Below, one piece after another: positions 54,636 to 64,000 of a stretch of 64,000 nucleotides of DNA. The number at the start of each line of letters is the position of its first letter. Position 1 is the first letter of the stretch. The stretch lies in assembly GCA_051362555.1 (NCBI GenBank), contig CM120642.1, forward strand, positions 32,302,001-32,366,000, in the 5' to 3' direction. Origin of the DNA: Lingula anatina (lineage: Eukaryota; Animalia; Brachiopoda). The notes under the pieces are model-generated. The model saw nothing but the letters and a program-made list of their open reading frames with translations, did no database searches and had not been told where the DNA came from. The position numbers and the translations under genes are program-made.

Positions 54636-54923
54636 TCAGTAATAATCTATCTCTGGGCACTGACATCTCAGCACCTGATCTATGGTGTATACTACACCAT
54701 CCGTTCCTTGAACATCATAGTCAATTACTCTTGTGGTGTTACTGTTGACAACGATGATTTTTTCTTCTTCCTTCACCATTTTGTTTCCCTCGATTGTTTT
54801 TTCCTCAGGCTCCAAACGCCACAATTTGAGCCATTCTCCCATCGCTGTGCGGAACTGGTATGTCAGTCCTCCCTGTATGCCACAGCTGTAGACCCCGCGG
54901 TTCAAGATATGGTATTTGATGAT
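54636..54923 (-). CDS. TGFBI: TGFBI/POSTN-like terminal exon 13, FAS1-4 (IIKYHILN...GTDGVVYTIDQVLRCQCPEIDYY*)
   Basis: Within ORF 54636..54941(-); CAG acceptor and TGA stop. Confidence 0.9.
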   Translation of the reverse strand: MIKYHILNRGVYSCGIQGGLTYQFRTAMGEWLKLWRLEPEEKTIEGNKMVKEEEKIIVVNSNTTRVIDYDVQGTDGVVYTIDQVLRCQCPEIDYY

Positions 54924-54995
54924 CTGTATAAAAAAACACACATACTAGTATAAACAATGTTATATTCTTTCACTTTTTTCATAGATGTATCTAGT

Positions 54996-55033
<38 letters not shown>

Positions 55034-58000
55034 GAGTTTGGCCAATGACCAAATAAAATTAATTGTGGAATAAAGAAGTGGAAGATATGTTAAATAAATA
55101 AAATCAATAAATGAATTAATAAAGGAAAAAACAGATGAGCACAAATGACTGACTGAATAAAAATAGTAATATGTGAATTAGTAATGTTTTAACAAATACT
55201 GGAACTGAGTTAGCTAAAATACTCATGCAAGGAAGCCTCCAATCCAACCTTTTCCAGCTCCTTAGTATTCAGCAGGAGTCTCTCCATGAAGGCAGTATCC
55301 AAGCGACTGAAGGCCTCATTGGTGGGAGCAAAGATGGTGAAGGAACCCCCTCCAACTGTGATATTGGCAAAGATGTCTATTCCAACTGTCTGGATCATGC
55401 TCCAAAATGTACTGGAATGGATGGAAATGATGTACTGGTAAAATATTTTAGCATTTACAAGGATGTAGCACAAAGCAGTATGTTAGAAAGCATAATTATT
55501 CTTTTTCTCATTTACTGAAAAGTATTGAAAACATACAAATTCTACACAGTACCCAGCCCCAACATTTTTCTATGCTCATACTGAAAATAATATTTCATTA
55601 TTGAAATATTCTAAGGGACAAAATTTTGATCTATTGCTTTCCCCTTATGTCTGAATGCCATTACATCCTAAAAAAACACATTATACCACATCATTCCCTA
55701 CCTGAGTCTAATATTTCCCTTGATAATCTCTAGTACAGTCATTGTGGGGGGAATCATCACCTTATCAATAACATGAATGACGCCATTGCCACACTCGTTG
55801 TCTGTGCTGGTCATTTTGGCAGAGTTCATTGACCAGCCCTGGCCCAAGGAAATAAAAACTTTTAAAATTCTTTAAGCTATGTCATTTGTGTACATATAGG
55901 CAGCAATCAATTTCAACAAGGTTCACCTAATGCACAGATGGACTAAGAAACTGATAATTATAAATAAAAGTTTTTTTGTATTAATAACTGCTGCAGCCTT
56001 TTACTCTGACATAAAGAGTTTCATGTTAAACAGAGTATCACAAGTTGCATTGCAGCAAAATATCTGCTCTATGAAAAAAAAAAAAACAGATCAATTTGGC
56101 AATAAAAAATCAGAAGAACAACTTTTAAATTTCACTTTTACATGAACATATTTTTAAAACAAATCAGTTTTAATGTAATAATGATTGAATAATAATAATA
56201 ATAATAATGCCAACAGAATTCTCTGTTAAATATTAACTCACATTTCTATTCAAGTTCAATCTAAGGGTTGCTGAAGCAGCCACTCCGCCCTGACTTGCAG
56301 ATTGTGAAGAATAAGCTCGCTGACTGACGAAATCCTTTGTGCTCATTTTTCCATCCATGATGTGGTATTTCAAGATGCTTAAGTACAAGTCTGGGTTAAA
56401 ATGCCATCTATTAAGTTCTGCACCAGATACGGCTGTAAGAATTGAAGAAAATTACTCCTAACTATTATCACTCTATTATTACCTCATGTTTCATACAGTT
56501 TTTTATGATATTAACATTTTTAAGTGCAAAGCTGTGAAAACTACATTCAAGCACAAAATTCAAATTTGACATAAACACTTTTTCTGCTGTATCATTCATA
56601 ATGGTTCAGATGTATTCGAACCTAGAATTGTGGACCAACAAACCTGCAAAAGCCTCATCACTGGGAGCAAAAATTGTGAAAGAGCTCTTGGATCTCCTGA
56701 GAGCAGCTGCATACTTTGTGGACTCTGCTGCCTCCATGAATGCACGAAGGTTGATCTCTTGTGCAAGCATTGTCACATCCTTGGCTGCAAATAATGAGAA
56801 AAGATTGTTTGATAAGTTTAATCTGAGTTGTTATGATGTTGACATTGTTGTATAGAATGTCTGTTGTCATATTCTTCTTTTATTTAAACTTAATTCACAG
56901 ACCAGTACCCATTAATGTGATAATTAACTAGACAAAAAGGGAAAAGAAATACAGAAAAAGGAAATTGAAAAATTGGTAAGCAATCCTGTTTGTTGCATTC
57001 TGAAAAAAAAAAAAAAAAAAAGACTCAACATATATACCACTATAGTTACACTATAGTAAGCAGTTAACTCACCACTGTTGGGTAGCAGGACTGAGTCAAC
57101 AGCATGGATGATACCATTACTGGCAAGAATGTCCCCACTAGTGACCACGGCATTGTCCACCTTCATCTGGTCTCTGCTCGTACACCCTAGACGTACTGTG
57201 CTGCCCTCTAGTGTACGTAAGTTACAATTGGTGAAGATGGCAGCGGTGCATAGATTGTGCTTGATGACATGGTAATTTAGTAGATCTGTAAACCAAAGGA
57301 ATATAATGCAGCATTCAGGAACATACAAGAACACACATATTCTGTGACATTCAAGGTGACACATACCAGTGTCTCTCTATTTTTAAAGTACCAAAACAGA
57401 TTTTTGGTATAGCCAGAGGGAATCTTCTGCTACATGTAACAATCTAATGTCACTTTGGCTTATATCGATTTATGTTGTCTTTCAGGCCAGGGGGGGTTCG
57501 GGGGGTTTGAAAGAACCACCCCTTTTGCTGGGAAAAGGTCCACTCTGGGTAAAATTTGATCTAGGTACATGAAGTTTTTATGGAAAAAGGTCCACTTTTT
57601 CAGAAAAAGGACCCCCCTTTTGAAATTGCTGGCTACGGGCCTGTGACTTTGCTTACTTTTGAGGGCCTCAGTGTTATCAGGATCAAATACTCTGCTCACG
57701 ATGTCTGCAGGGAGATTCCTGAAAGCAGCATCAGTGGGAGCAAATAATGTAAAGGGTCCCGTCTCTCGGAGTAGATCTGCTCTTCGTGTCAGTATTAGCG
57801 CTGTAACAAGTTCTCCGAAGCGGCCATCTTCTAGAAGGATATCCATTATGGTTTTGTCAGGGATTGGGTAAATCACCTATTTAAGAAAAATAAAATTATA
57901 CTTATGTAAAATTGTAAAAAATCATCTTAATTCAAACAGAATAAAACATCCCAGAAAATTTCTTTATTTGTAAACATGATCAGTGTTTGTTTGAAATTTA

Positions 58001-61000
58001 TAAATGCAAAACATAACACTTTGGGTGTCCTTCCAATCGTTATATAATAATATATTTATCCACCAACAACTTTTTCATAATCATTACAAATAAAACATAC
58101 ATATTATCAGTTGAAGAATCAGAATGTCAACTAAGGGGGGGGGGGGGGGGGGGGGTTTCTTTTGAACCCGACCCCCCCTCCCCACCCCCCACCTCTGCCC
58201 TGGAACCAATCTCAGATTTGGATATATATTTCTTTTGCAGTATATAATGCTATAATTATAAAGAAATATGCTTTTGTTGTTGGTGCACTTTGCCCTCCTT
58301 GTTTAGCATGATGTTTAGCATCTTTTACCTTTTCAATGGTGTGTACTATTCCATTGGTGGCTTCTTGATTAGGCATAATAATTCTGGCACAGTTTACAGT
58401 AACCACCTAAAATAATAATATGGGGTACATGAAGGTCTACAATATCTTTCATTCCTTTTCTAATGAAAACAATTTTTCAATTCATAATACATAATAATTT
58501 ATGCAAAAATTTGATCATATGAGGCACCCCCCAACCCCCAACTAAAACTTTAAAATGTTTAGAAAAATTGTAAAACAAGCACATGTCAGAAAAAATAAAA
58601 AATATATAAAACCTTTCCAAAAGCTAGTAAACCATAGAAGACATACCCCATTGGAGTATCTGTTCACCCTTATAGACTTCTGTTTGTCCAGAACAGTGGG
58701 GAAATTCTGGTCATTCCTGAATTCATTGTACTTTACTCTGCCGTCCAGAGCATGGTACAGGATAAGGGAAGATTGACCACCACTGGACAGCTGGTTCCTA
58801 GAAAAATGTAGAAAATTTTGTACAAGAATCACAAAGAAGAAAATCTCTGGATACAAGGGATACAAATAGTATACACATGCTAAGTATGTGTATAAGTATT
58901 GCCTTGTCTTTCAGTTTCATTTAAAACAAACAAAATGTATGCAAGAATTAAACTGCATTATATATATAAAGTTGTTACAACACTTGCTCAAGAGGGTTCA
59001 AATCATTATCATATTTCACTTACTTCAAGTCTCTGGGTAAGTTTCTGAATGCCTGATTAACAGGGGCAAAAATTGTGAAAGGTCCATCTGTCTCAAAGGT
59101 ATTGTCCAGGCCGGCCCTCTTGGCGTAATCCAACAAGGTGGTCAGACGAGAGCGCATCATGGTGACCTTGAGGTTTTCTACTGTTTTCACTGTAAAACAA
59201 CATTACTGATTTGATAAAAGACTGGCAAATGTGATAAAATATCATGGTACGTAGAACTCCAAAAAAGGTAAATTCTGCATACAATATTTACATCTCATAA
59301 AATATCCTTTACAGCGATCATCAACACCTTTTAAAATTCTACCAAATTTCAGCTAAAAGACTTTTATATGTATGAAGCCAAATTCTGAGGCAACCATTAC
59401 CTCCTGTGCATCCCCTTTCCCCTGCCACTTCTTCATAACCTGAGCAACAGCGGTAGCGGACAAACCTAAAAAAAAAAACAAAAAAAAACGGGCACCAGCT
59501 ACTTATAGCTACATAACTTCTGATAAAAAAGCATTAAAATTTAAAAAGATACATTTGGTCAAATATAAAATAGAAATAACAAAATTTTGACCATATTGTA
59601 TAATTAAAAAAATAATAATGAGTGACAAAATTTGTTTAAGGAGCTGTTAAAATACAGGGGATTGATATGTGAATTTTAAAAAGTTGTGCAATGTTGGGCA
59701 TTTTAAGGCATAAAAAACCATCCTACTACATGCCCCTGAAAGTTTAAATAGGTGGCAGATTAAATAGAGAAAAACGAAAAAATAATCAGACCAAACTGAC
59801 TGTCTATTTCTATCTAGAGACATATCTTTGAATATCTGTGAAAAATCAATCCGTCACCCCGGTAGAGGGTACCATTTATACTTAAGAAGCTCCTTCCCCC
59901 CCCCCCCCCCACCTCCACCTGTCACTGTGATAGAAGTACAGTAGATTGACTCCACACAATCTGTCAGCATATTTGTCTCAATCAAATCTTGTAGAACATA
60001 TTTTTCTTTAGTATTCACTGCCTTACTAGCAATTCTGCATAATTCAAACTAACTTTCCAGTTCCAAAGTGTCCATGATGTGAAAAGAAGGCTGCTGTACT
60101 TGAAAATTTGCTATTTCTTTTTACCTCATCATCAGTTTGAAAGAACTACTTACGTTGGTTTCTCGCAGACCAGTTTTGGCTTGTAAATCATACATTCTGT
60201 GAAATACTGCTTTCTTGTGCCTTTCACTTCTTGTATCGCACAAACATTATCCCTGCAAAAGGTAAGCATATGATTTCAGAACTACAGACCTTTTAACAAG
60301 TATACAAATCTTTATCACAACTACCGCAATCTGTATACATCTAAATGCAATGGATCCCCAGCCATATGCCGTGTACTTTGGGTTAATTAATTAAATTTTT
60401 TAAAACTTCCTGGTTTGTTTTTTGACCATCAAAATAAGCACTGACTGTGTAAGCTACAATGATTTCTATTTCTGACATGCTGAAATCATGACTGGTCTCA
60501 AATCTGACAGTTATAGTTTCAACCCATTCTCCTAGCCTTTTAATTGGGTTCTAGTATAAACATGGAGCCTTTTAATGTGCACTCTCAGTAGCAAGTAGAA
60601 CCATGTGTGTGCCCTCATGAGTTCTCCCCTTTTAGACCAAGACTTGCATGGCTAGTAATGTGATATCTGTTTATATTTTCCTGACATCCCCCTTCTCTCC
60701 CCCCCCCCCCAAAAAAAAAAAAAGTGCAGTGCAGTATGGATTGTAATTTTTTTCTTTAGAGCATTGCATAAGAAAAGTAATAACTTGTAAAAGTAATAAT
60801 TTGTTTATTGTAATTGGAATGTACATTTACTTCAATTTTGTTCTGCTATAGTTTAGAAACAAGAGATGTCTACTTTTTGAAATCTTCTTCATTAGCCTTG
60901 TCACTCTGTATGTAGTAAGGTGAATCCTTGGACTTTGAGGAACTTAGCTAAATTTAGGAAGGGCTACTGCAGTATGTTGATCTCCCACCCCTGTTTTTCT

Positions 61001-63513
61001 GTAAGAATTTTAATTGTGGCTTTTTGTAATTGTCTACATACCAAAAATGTCAATTCTGTCAGTAAGAGAAGTATATAACCACTGTATGTTGTAGAATCAC
61101 CACAGAATAAAGTGAGCAGGAAACATGCAAAACTGAATGAACTTTTTTTTACAACAGTGGACCAGAATTTAGTACAGCAAACTTAAACCTTAATCCAAAC
61201 ATAGATCCAACATCAACAATTTCACATGGCGATTTCAAACTTTTTTCCTTAAACTTCTTTCACCCAGAAATGTCTGATAAAGCAGATATAATGTCTTATG
61301 TTTTTAATTCTATTTCTCAATAAATAAATAAACAAAGTCTTAAATTGCACTCAATGAACAGAATTTGTCAAATACTGGGAAAACATTTTACATTAACATA
61401 ATGCATAAATTCAACATTTTTAATATAAACTTTACTTTTTTCATGGCACTGATGACAGATTGGGAGACAGAGATATAAAATTGTCGATAATAAAGTAAAG
61501 AAAAGAAGGGAAAGGCATCAATATGCAGATGTATAAATCTTTACCATCATACAGATGTTACCTTTTTGCTATTTATAACATTCTTATAATGTGTGCAACT
61601 TCAACACTGACCAAATAGAGATATTTGAACATTTAAAATATAAAAACAGGTTTAATGCACTGTATAATTTGTACAAGCTCAATTTCAATGCTTTTTCCAG
61701 ATACATAATTATATAACAATAACAATTTATTCTCATTAAACCCCAACCACCGGATACAAATGTCAAGAGAGTGTGATGAATGAAGCTGAATGATTAGCTT
61801 GGAAAAAATGAAAAACATTTCAATTGCATCCTTCTGATTCTGAAATTTTGACTTCAATCCTGACTGCATGATGGGAAAGGAAACTTGGAATTCAAATTAA
61901 AAAATAGTTTTAAACAGTCGGCTGAAATTGGTACATTGTGCTTGTAATATAGTAAGAATCAGGTTTATTTCCTGTGGATTATGTTTGTGAGCAAAATGTT
62001 TAAATACGGCTTTCCAAAGATAAATGTAGAACTAAAATCTCTGCGTAAAAAAATGTATTTATAAGACATTTTTGTTAGAAGAATTTGCTGTATGGATTGC
62101 ATATCTTATCATTTCCATCCCTTTTTAACATATCTATTCTTTTTTTCTTAATGATTGACTTTTTCAAAAAAAATTGGGTTTATCGTGCATTATAATTAAA
62201 ATTATAAAATCAATTAAGCAAATGTGGTAACTCTTTAAATGGATCTGGTTATAAATTTCCTCGTGATTTATTGAAAATTTGTAGTACCAGGGACAAGAAT
62301 GTTTGCCCTTTGATAAGCCCACCATTTATTAATTAGCAAAAATTAGTTTACACAGCAAAACAGACACCTCTATGAATCAAGGAATAGGGCAAAGGATTCT
62401 CATGATTAGATACACAGCACAGTAGTTATGACCTTAGATCTCACAGGTTGAACTGAGAGGAAAAACCTCTCAAAAAAAAGCTGCAATAAATCAATATAAG
62501 ATGTGAGGTTCCTTAATTTGACACAACATCTACCCACCCTTACATATTTTCTTTCAACCCAGAAGAAGTCATTCACAGCAAAAGATGTAAAGAATCAATA
62601 GTCAAGAGCACTACTTAGTGTATCAGGCCCATTGCTGGGGGGAGGGGGTGTTTTTTTTCGAAAGAACTGCCCCTTTTCCCCCAAGAACAGGACCCCTCTG
62701 GGTAAAATTTTATCTACGTAGGAACACCAAGGTTTCACGGTGAAAGGTCCACTTTTTCAGAAAAATAACCTGTCTTTTGAAATTGCTGGCGGTAGGCCTA
62801 TATATCAATTATCACTAATTATACTGTTCACCCACATTTAAATAAAATAAAATTTTAAAAAAAATTCCCAAATGTGGCCTGAATATGCTTCTGAGTTATT
62901 TTAAAGTAAAACATGGGGACTGTTGTTTTGGACAGCAACAGCAATGACATGGACAGACACAGTATATATCCAGAAACATATGGTACACATGCAAATCTTG
63001 AGAAAAGGGTCAATTCCTGGGGTGGATATATATACACAACTCTGTAAAAAGGATGCCCTGTAATTCTTTTCACATCATAGGGCACCTAGCAGCTGTGTCA
63101 ATTTCCATTTCAGTCAAATGTGCTCTGAGTGCAAAGTTGAAAGCTTAATTGTCAAGCTACCCTGTGAGGACAACTAAACATTGGGAAAACAAAGCATTTA
63201 ACAGTTGACCACTTTGAGCGGAAACAGGCATTTTTTTTTCTTTTTTTCTTTCTTTTTCTTTCTTTTTTTTTTTAAACAAAAAGGAAGTCCAAATCAAGGA
63301 TCAAAGGAAGGTTTAATTAAGTATATACTTCTTTAACTCTTTAAGGACAAAATGTTTGAAAGAAAATTGAAAGCAGTTTTACCCTCGTGTCCATGGCATG
63401 GCAAAGTTGGGCCTCCAGTAGAATCTGGAGTTTTCTTTGGCTCCCCTTACTCCTGGTTCACTGGTCAGTGTGAGGATGACCAGTGCAGTTAACACTGCTG
63501 ACCAACATGCCAT
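54636..63513 (-). CDS. TGFBI: TGFBI/periostin-family fasciclin protein, complete, ~680 aa; exons 63513-63383, 60252-60154, 59465-59401, 59189-59024, 58797-58647, 58406-58329, 57876-57657, 57285-57073, 56784-56644, 56432-56242, 55838-55702, 55411-55249, 54923-54636
   Basis: Manual splicing gives 2043 nt (681 codons with stop), all GT-AG and phase-consistent. Signal peptide; EMI domain (NVCAIQ...C...C...RYRCCSGY...GC); four FAS1 domains with H1 (FTIFAP.N/D.AF), YH and H2 (NG.IH.IDKV) motifs. The symbol is a family label: probable pro-ortholog of both TGFBI and POSTN. Confidence 0.9.
54999..55029. repeat. (GT)n microsatellite
   Basis: Seen directly; another at ~42382-42406. Confidence 0.9.
55249..55411 (-). 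CDS. TGFBI: TGFBI/POSTN-like exon 12, FAS1-4 H1 (GSFTIFAPTNEAFSRL)
   Basis: Within ORF 55210..55473(-); CAG/GTTGGA boundaries. Confidence 0.9.
55702..55838 (-). CDS. TGFBI: TGFBI/POSTN-like exon 11, FAS1-3 H2 (DNECGNGVIHVIDKVMIPP)
   Basis: Manual translation; CAG/GTAGGG boundaries. Confidence 0.9.
56242..56432 (-). CDS. TGFBI: TGFBI/POSTN-like exon 10, FAS1-3 middle (LSILKYHIMDGK...LRLNLNRN)
   Basis: Manual translation; YH motif; CAG/GTGAGT boundaries. Confidence 0.85.
56644..56784 (-). CDS. TGFBI: TGFBI/POSTN-like exon 9, FAS1-3 H1 (SSFTIFAPSDEAFA)
   Basis: Manual translation; CAG/GTTTGT boundaries. Confidence 0.88.
57073..57285 (-). CDS. TGFBI: TGFBI/POSTN-like exon 8, FAS1-2 (LLNYHVIK..LC..AI...TLEG....GC...DILASNGIIHAVDSVLLPNS)
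   Basis: Within ORF 56924..57364(-); cysteine pattern as in TGFBI/POSTN FAS1-2; CAG/GTGAGT boundaries. Confidence 0.93.
57483..57643. mobile_element. hAT-like MITE (CAGGCC...GCTGGCTACGGGCCTG) in TGFBI-like intron 7
   Basis: Second copy at 62624-62800 shares CTCTGGGTAAAATTT, AAAGGTCCACTTTTTCAGAAAAA and TTTTGAAATTGCTGGC. Confidence 0.65.
57657..57876 (-). CDS. TGFBI: TGFBI/POSTN-like exon 7, FAS1-2 H1 (GPFTLFAPTDAAFRNLP)
   Basis: Within ORF 57460..57876(-); TAG/GTAAGC boundaries. Confidence 0.93.
58329..58406 (-). CDS. TGFBI: TGFBI/POSTN-like exon 6, FAS1-1 H2 (VVTVNCARIIMPNQEATNGIVHTIEK)
   Basis: TVNCAR...ATNG.VH motif typical of TGFBI/POSTN FAS1-1. Confidence 0.93.
58647..58797 (-). CDS. 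TGFBI: TGFBI/POSTN-like exon 5, FAS1-1 middle (LILYHALDGR...IRVNRYSNG)
   Basis: Within ORF 58542..58865(-); TAG/GTATGT boundaries. Confidence 0.9.
59024..59189 (-). CDS. TGFBI: TGFBI/POSTN-like exon 4, FAS1-1 H1 (DGPFTIFAPVNQAFRNLP)
   Basis: Manual translation; CAG/GTAAGT boundaries. Confidence 0.9.
59401..59465 (-). CDS. TGFBI: TGFBI/POSTN-like exon 3, EMI domain part 2, FVRYRCCSGYEEVAGERGCTG
   Basis: CC.GY......GC motif; TAG/GTAATG boundaries. Confidence 0.9.
60154..60252 (-). CDS. TGFBI: TGFBI/POSTN-like exon 2, EMI domain part 1, DNVCAIQEVKGTRKQYFTECMIYKPKLVCEKPT
   Basis: Resembles the periostin/TGFBI pattern GPNVCA.Q...GT..KYF..C; CAG/GTAAGT boundaries. Confidence 0.9.
62624..62800. 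mobile_element. hAT-like MITE, second copy, in TGFBI-like intron 1
   Basis: Same orientation as, and clearly similar to, 57483-57643. Confidence 0.65.
63383..63513 (-). CDS. TGFBI: TGFBI/POSTN-like first coding exon, MACWSAVLTALVILTLTSEPGVRGAKENSRFYWRPNFAMPWTR (signal peptide)
   Basis: Hydrophobic leader; phase-2 donor GG|GTAAAA joins exon 2 as G-D-N-V-C. A possible upstream acceptor (atttcag, ~63553) suggests a non-coding exon beyond the window. Confidence 0.8.
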
Positions 63514-63781
63514 ACTGGTCACTGGGCACCACTACCTGATCACACTCTCTCTCTGAAATTTATAAATAAAGGTTTTTGATGCTTTACTGGACTCACAATG
63601 GAGACAATTAATGTTCTCATCAAGAGGATTGGTTTCTTCAGAATACCAATAGATCACCTTCTCGTACAGTACTTTAATTATTACATGAAACATAAGGTGA
63701 CAGTAATCTCAATGAAACAATGAAAAACAATTTAAATTTAAGAGTGTTGACAAATTTGTAAAATAAGCTAACATAAAAAAC

Positions 63782-63812
<31 letters not shown>

Positions 63813-64000
63813 TGAAATGCAAAATTTTTTTTTTTATGTCAGTAAGCAAACTGACATTTTCCATTTAAACTTGTTGAAATATAATCACAAGCTTAAGACA
63901 GCCATTCCAAGGCATCCTCACAGTGAAACATGGAAGGATAAAAAAAACACACACACACACATGTGAACATGCATGCACGCACACACATACACACACACAT

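Noticed and set aside
1-64000. tRNA, rRNA or snRNA genes
   Set aside because: None recognised by eye; a tRNAscan-SE/Infernal run would be needed to exclude small RNAs.

Overview
AT-rich, CpG-depleted animal genomic DNA. It looks like an invertebrate bilaterian, but the species cannot be assigned from this sequence. Two multi-exon extracellular-matrix genes lie head-to-tail on the minus strand. (1) A complete TGFBI/periostin-family gene: 13 coding exons, 63513->54636, about 680 aa by manual splicing, with signal peptide + EMI + 4 FAS1 domains. (2) The 5' part of a FREM2/ECM3-family gene starting 2.7 kb downstream: a ~5.0 kb first coding exon (51942->46947) of CSPG/cadherin-like repeats, a ~34.6 kb first intron, and 7 further phase-1 exons leading into Calx-beta domains; the gene runs off the left edge. 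All exon boundaries were read by hand and are GT-AG with consistent frames. The introns hold many transposon relics: a CMC/EnSpm-like TIR element containing a deleted Gypsy-like LTR element, at least two PIF/Harbinger-type MITE families, hAT-like MITEs and microsatellites. The most notable observations are the tight TGFBI/POSTN-FREM2 linkage (echoing human 13q13), the nested element whose two LTRs show one-sided CpG decay, and a MITE flanked by a 29-bp duplication. I found no convincing new protein-coding system.
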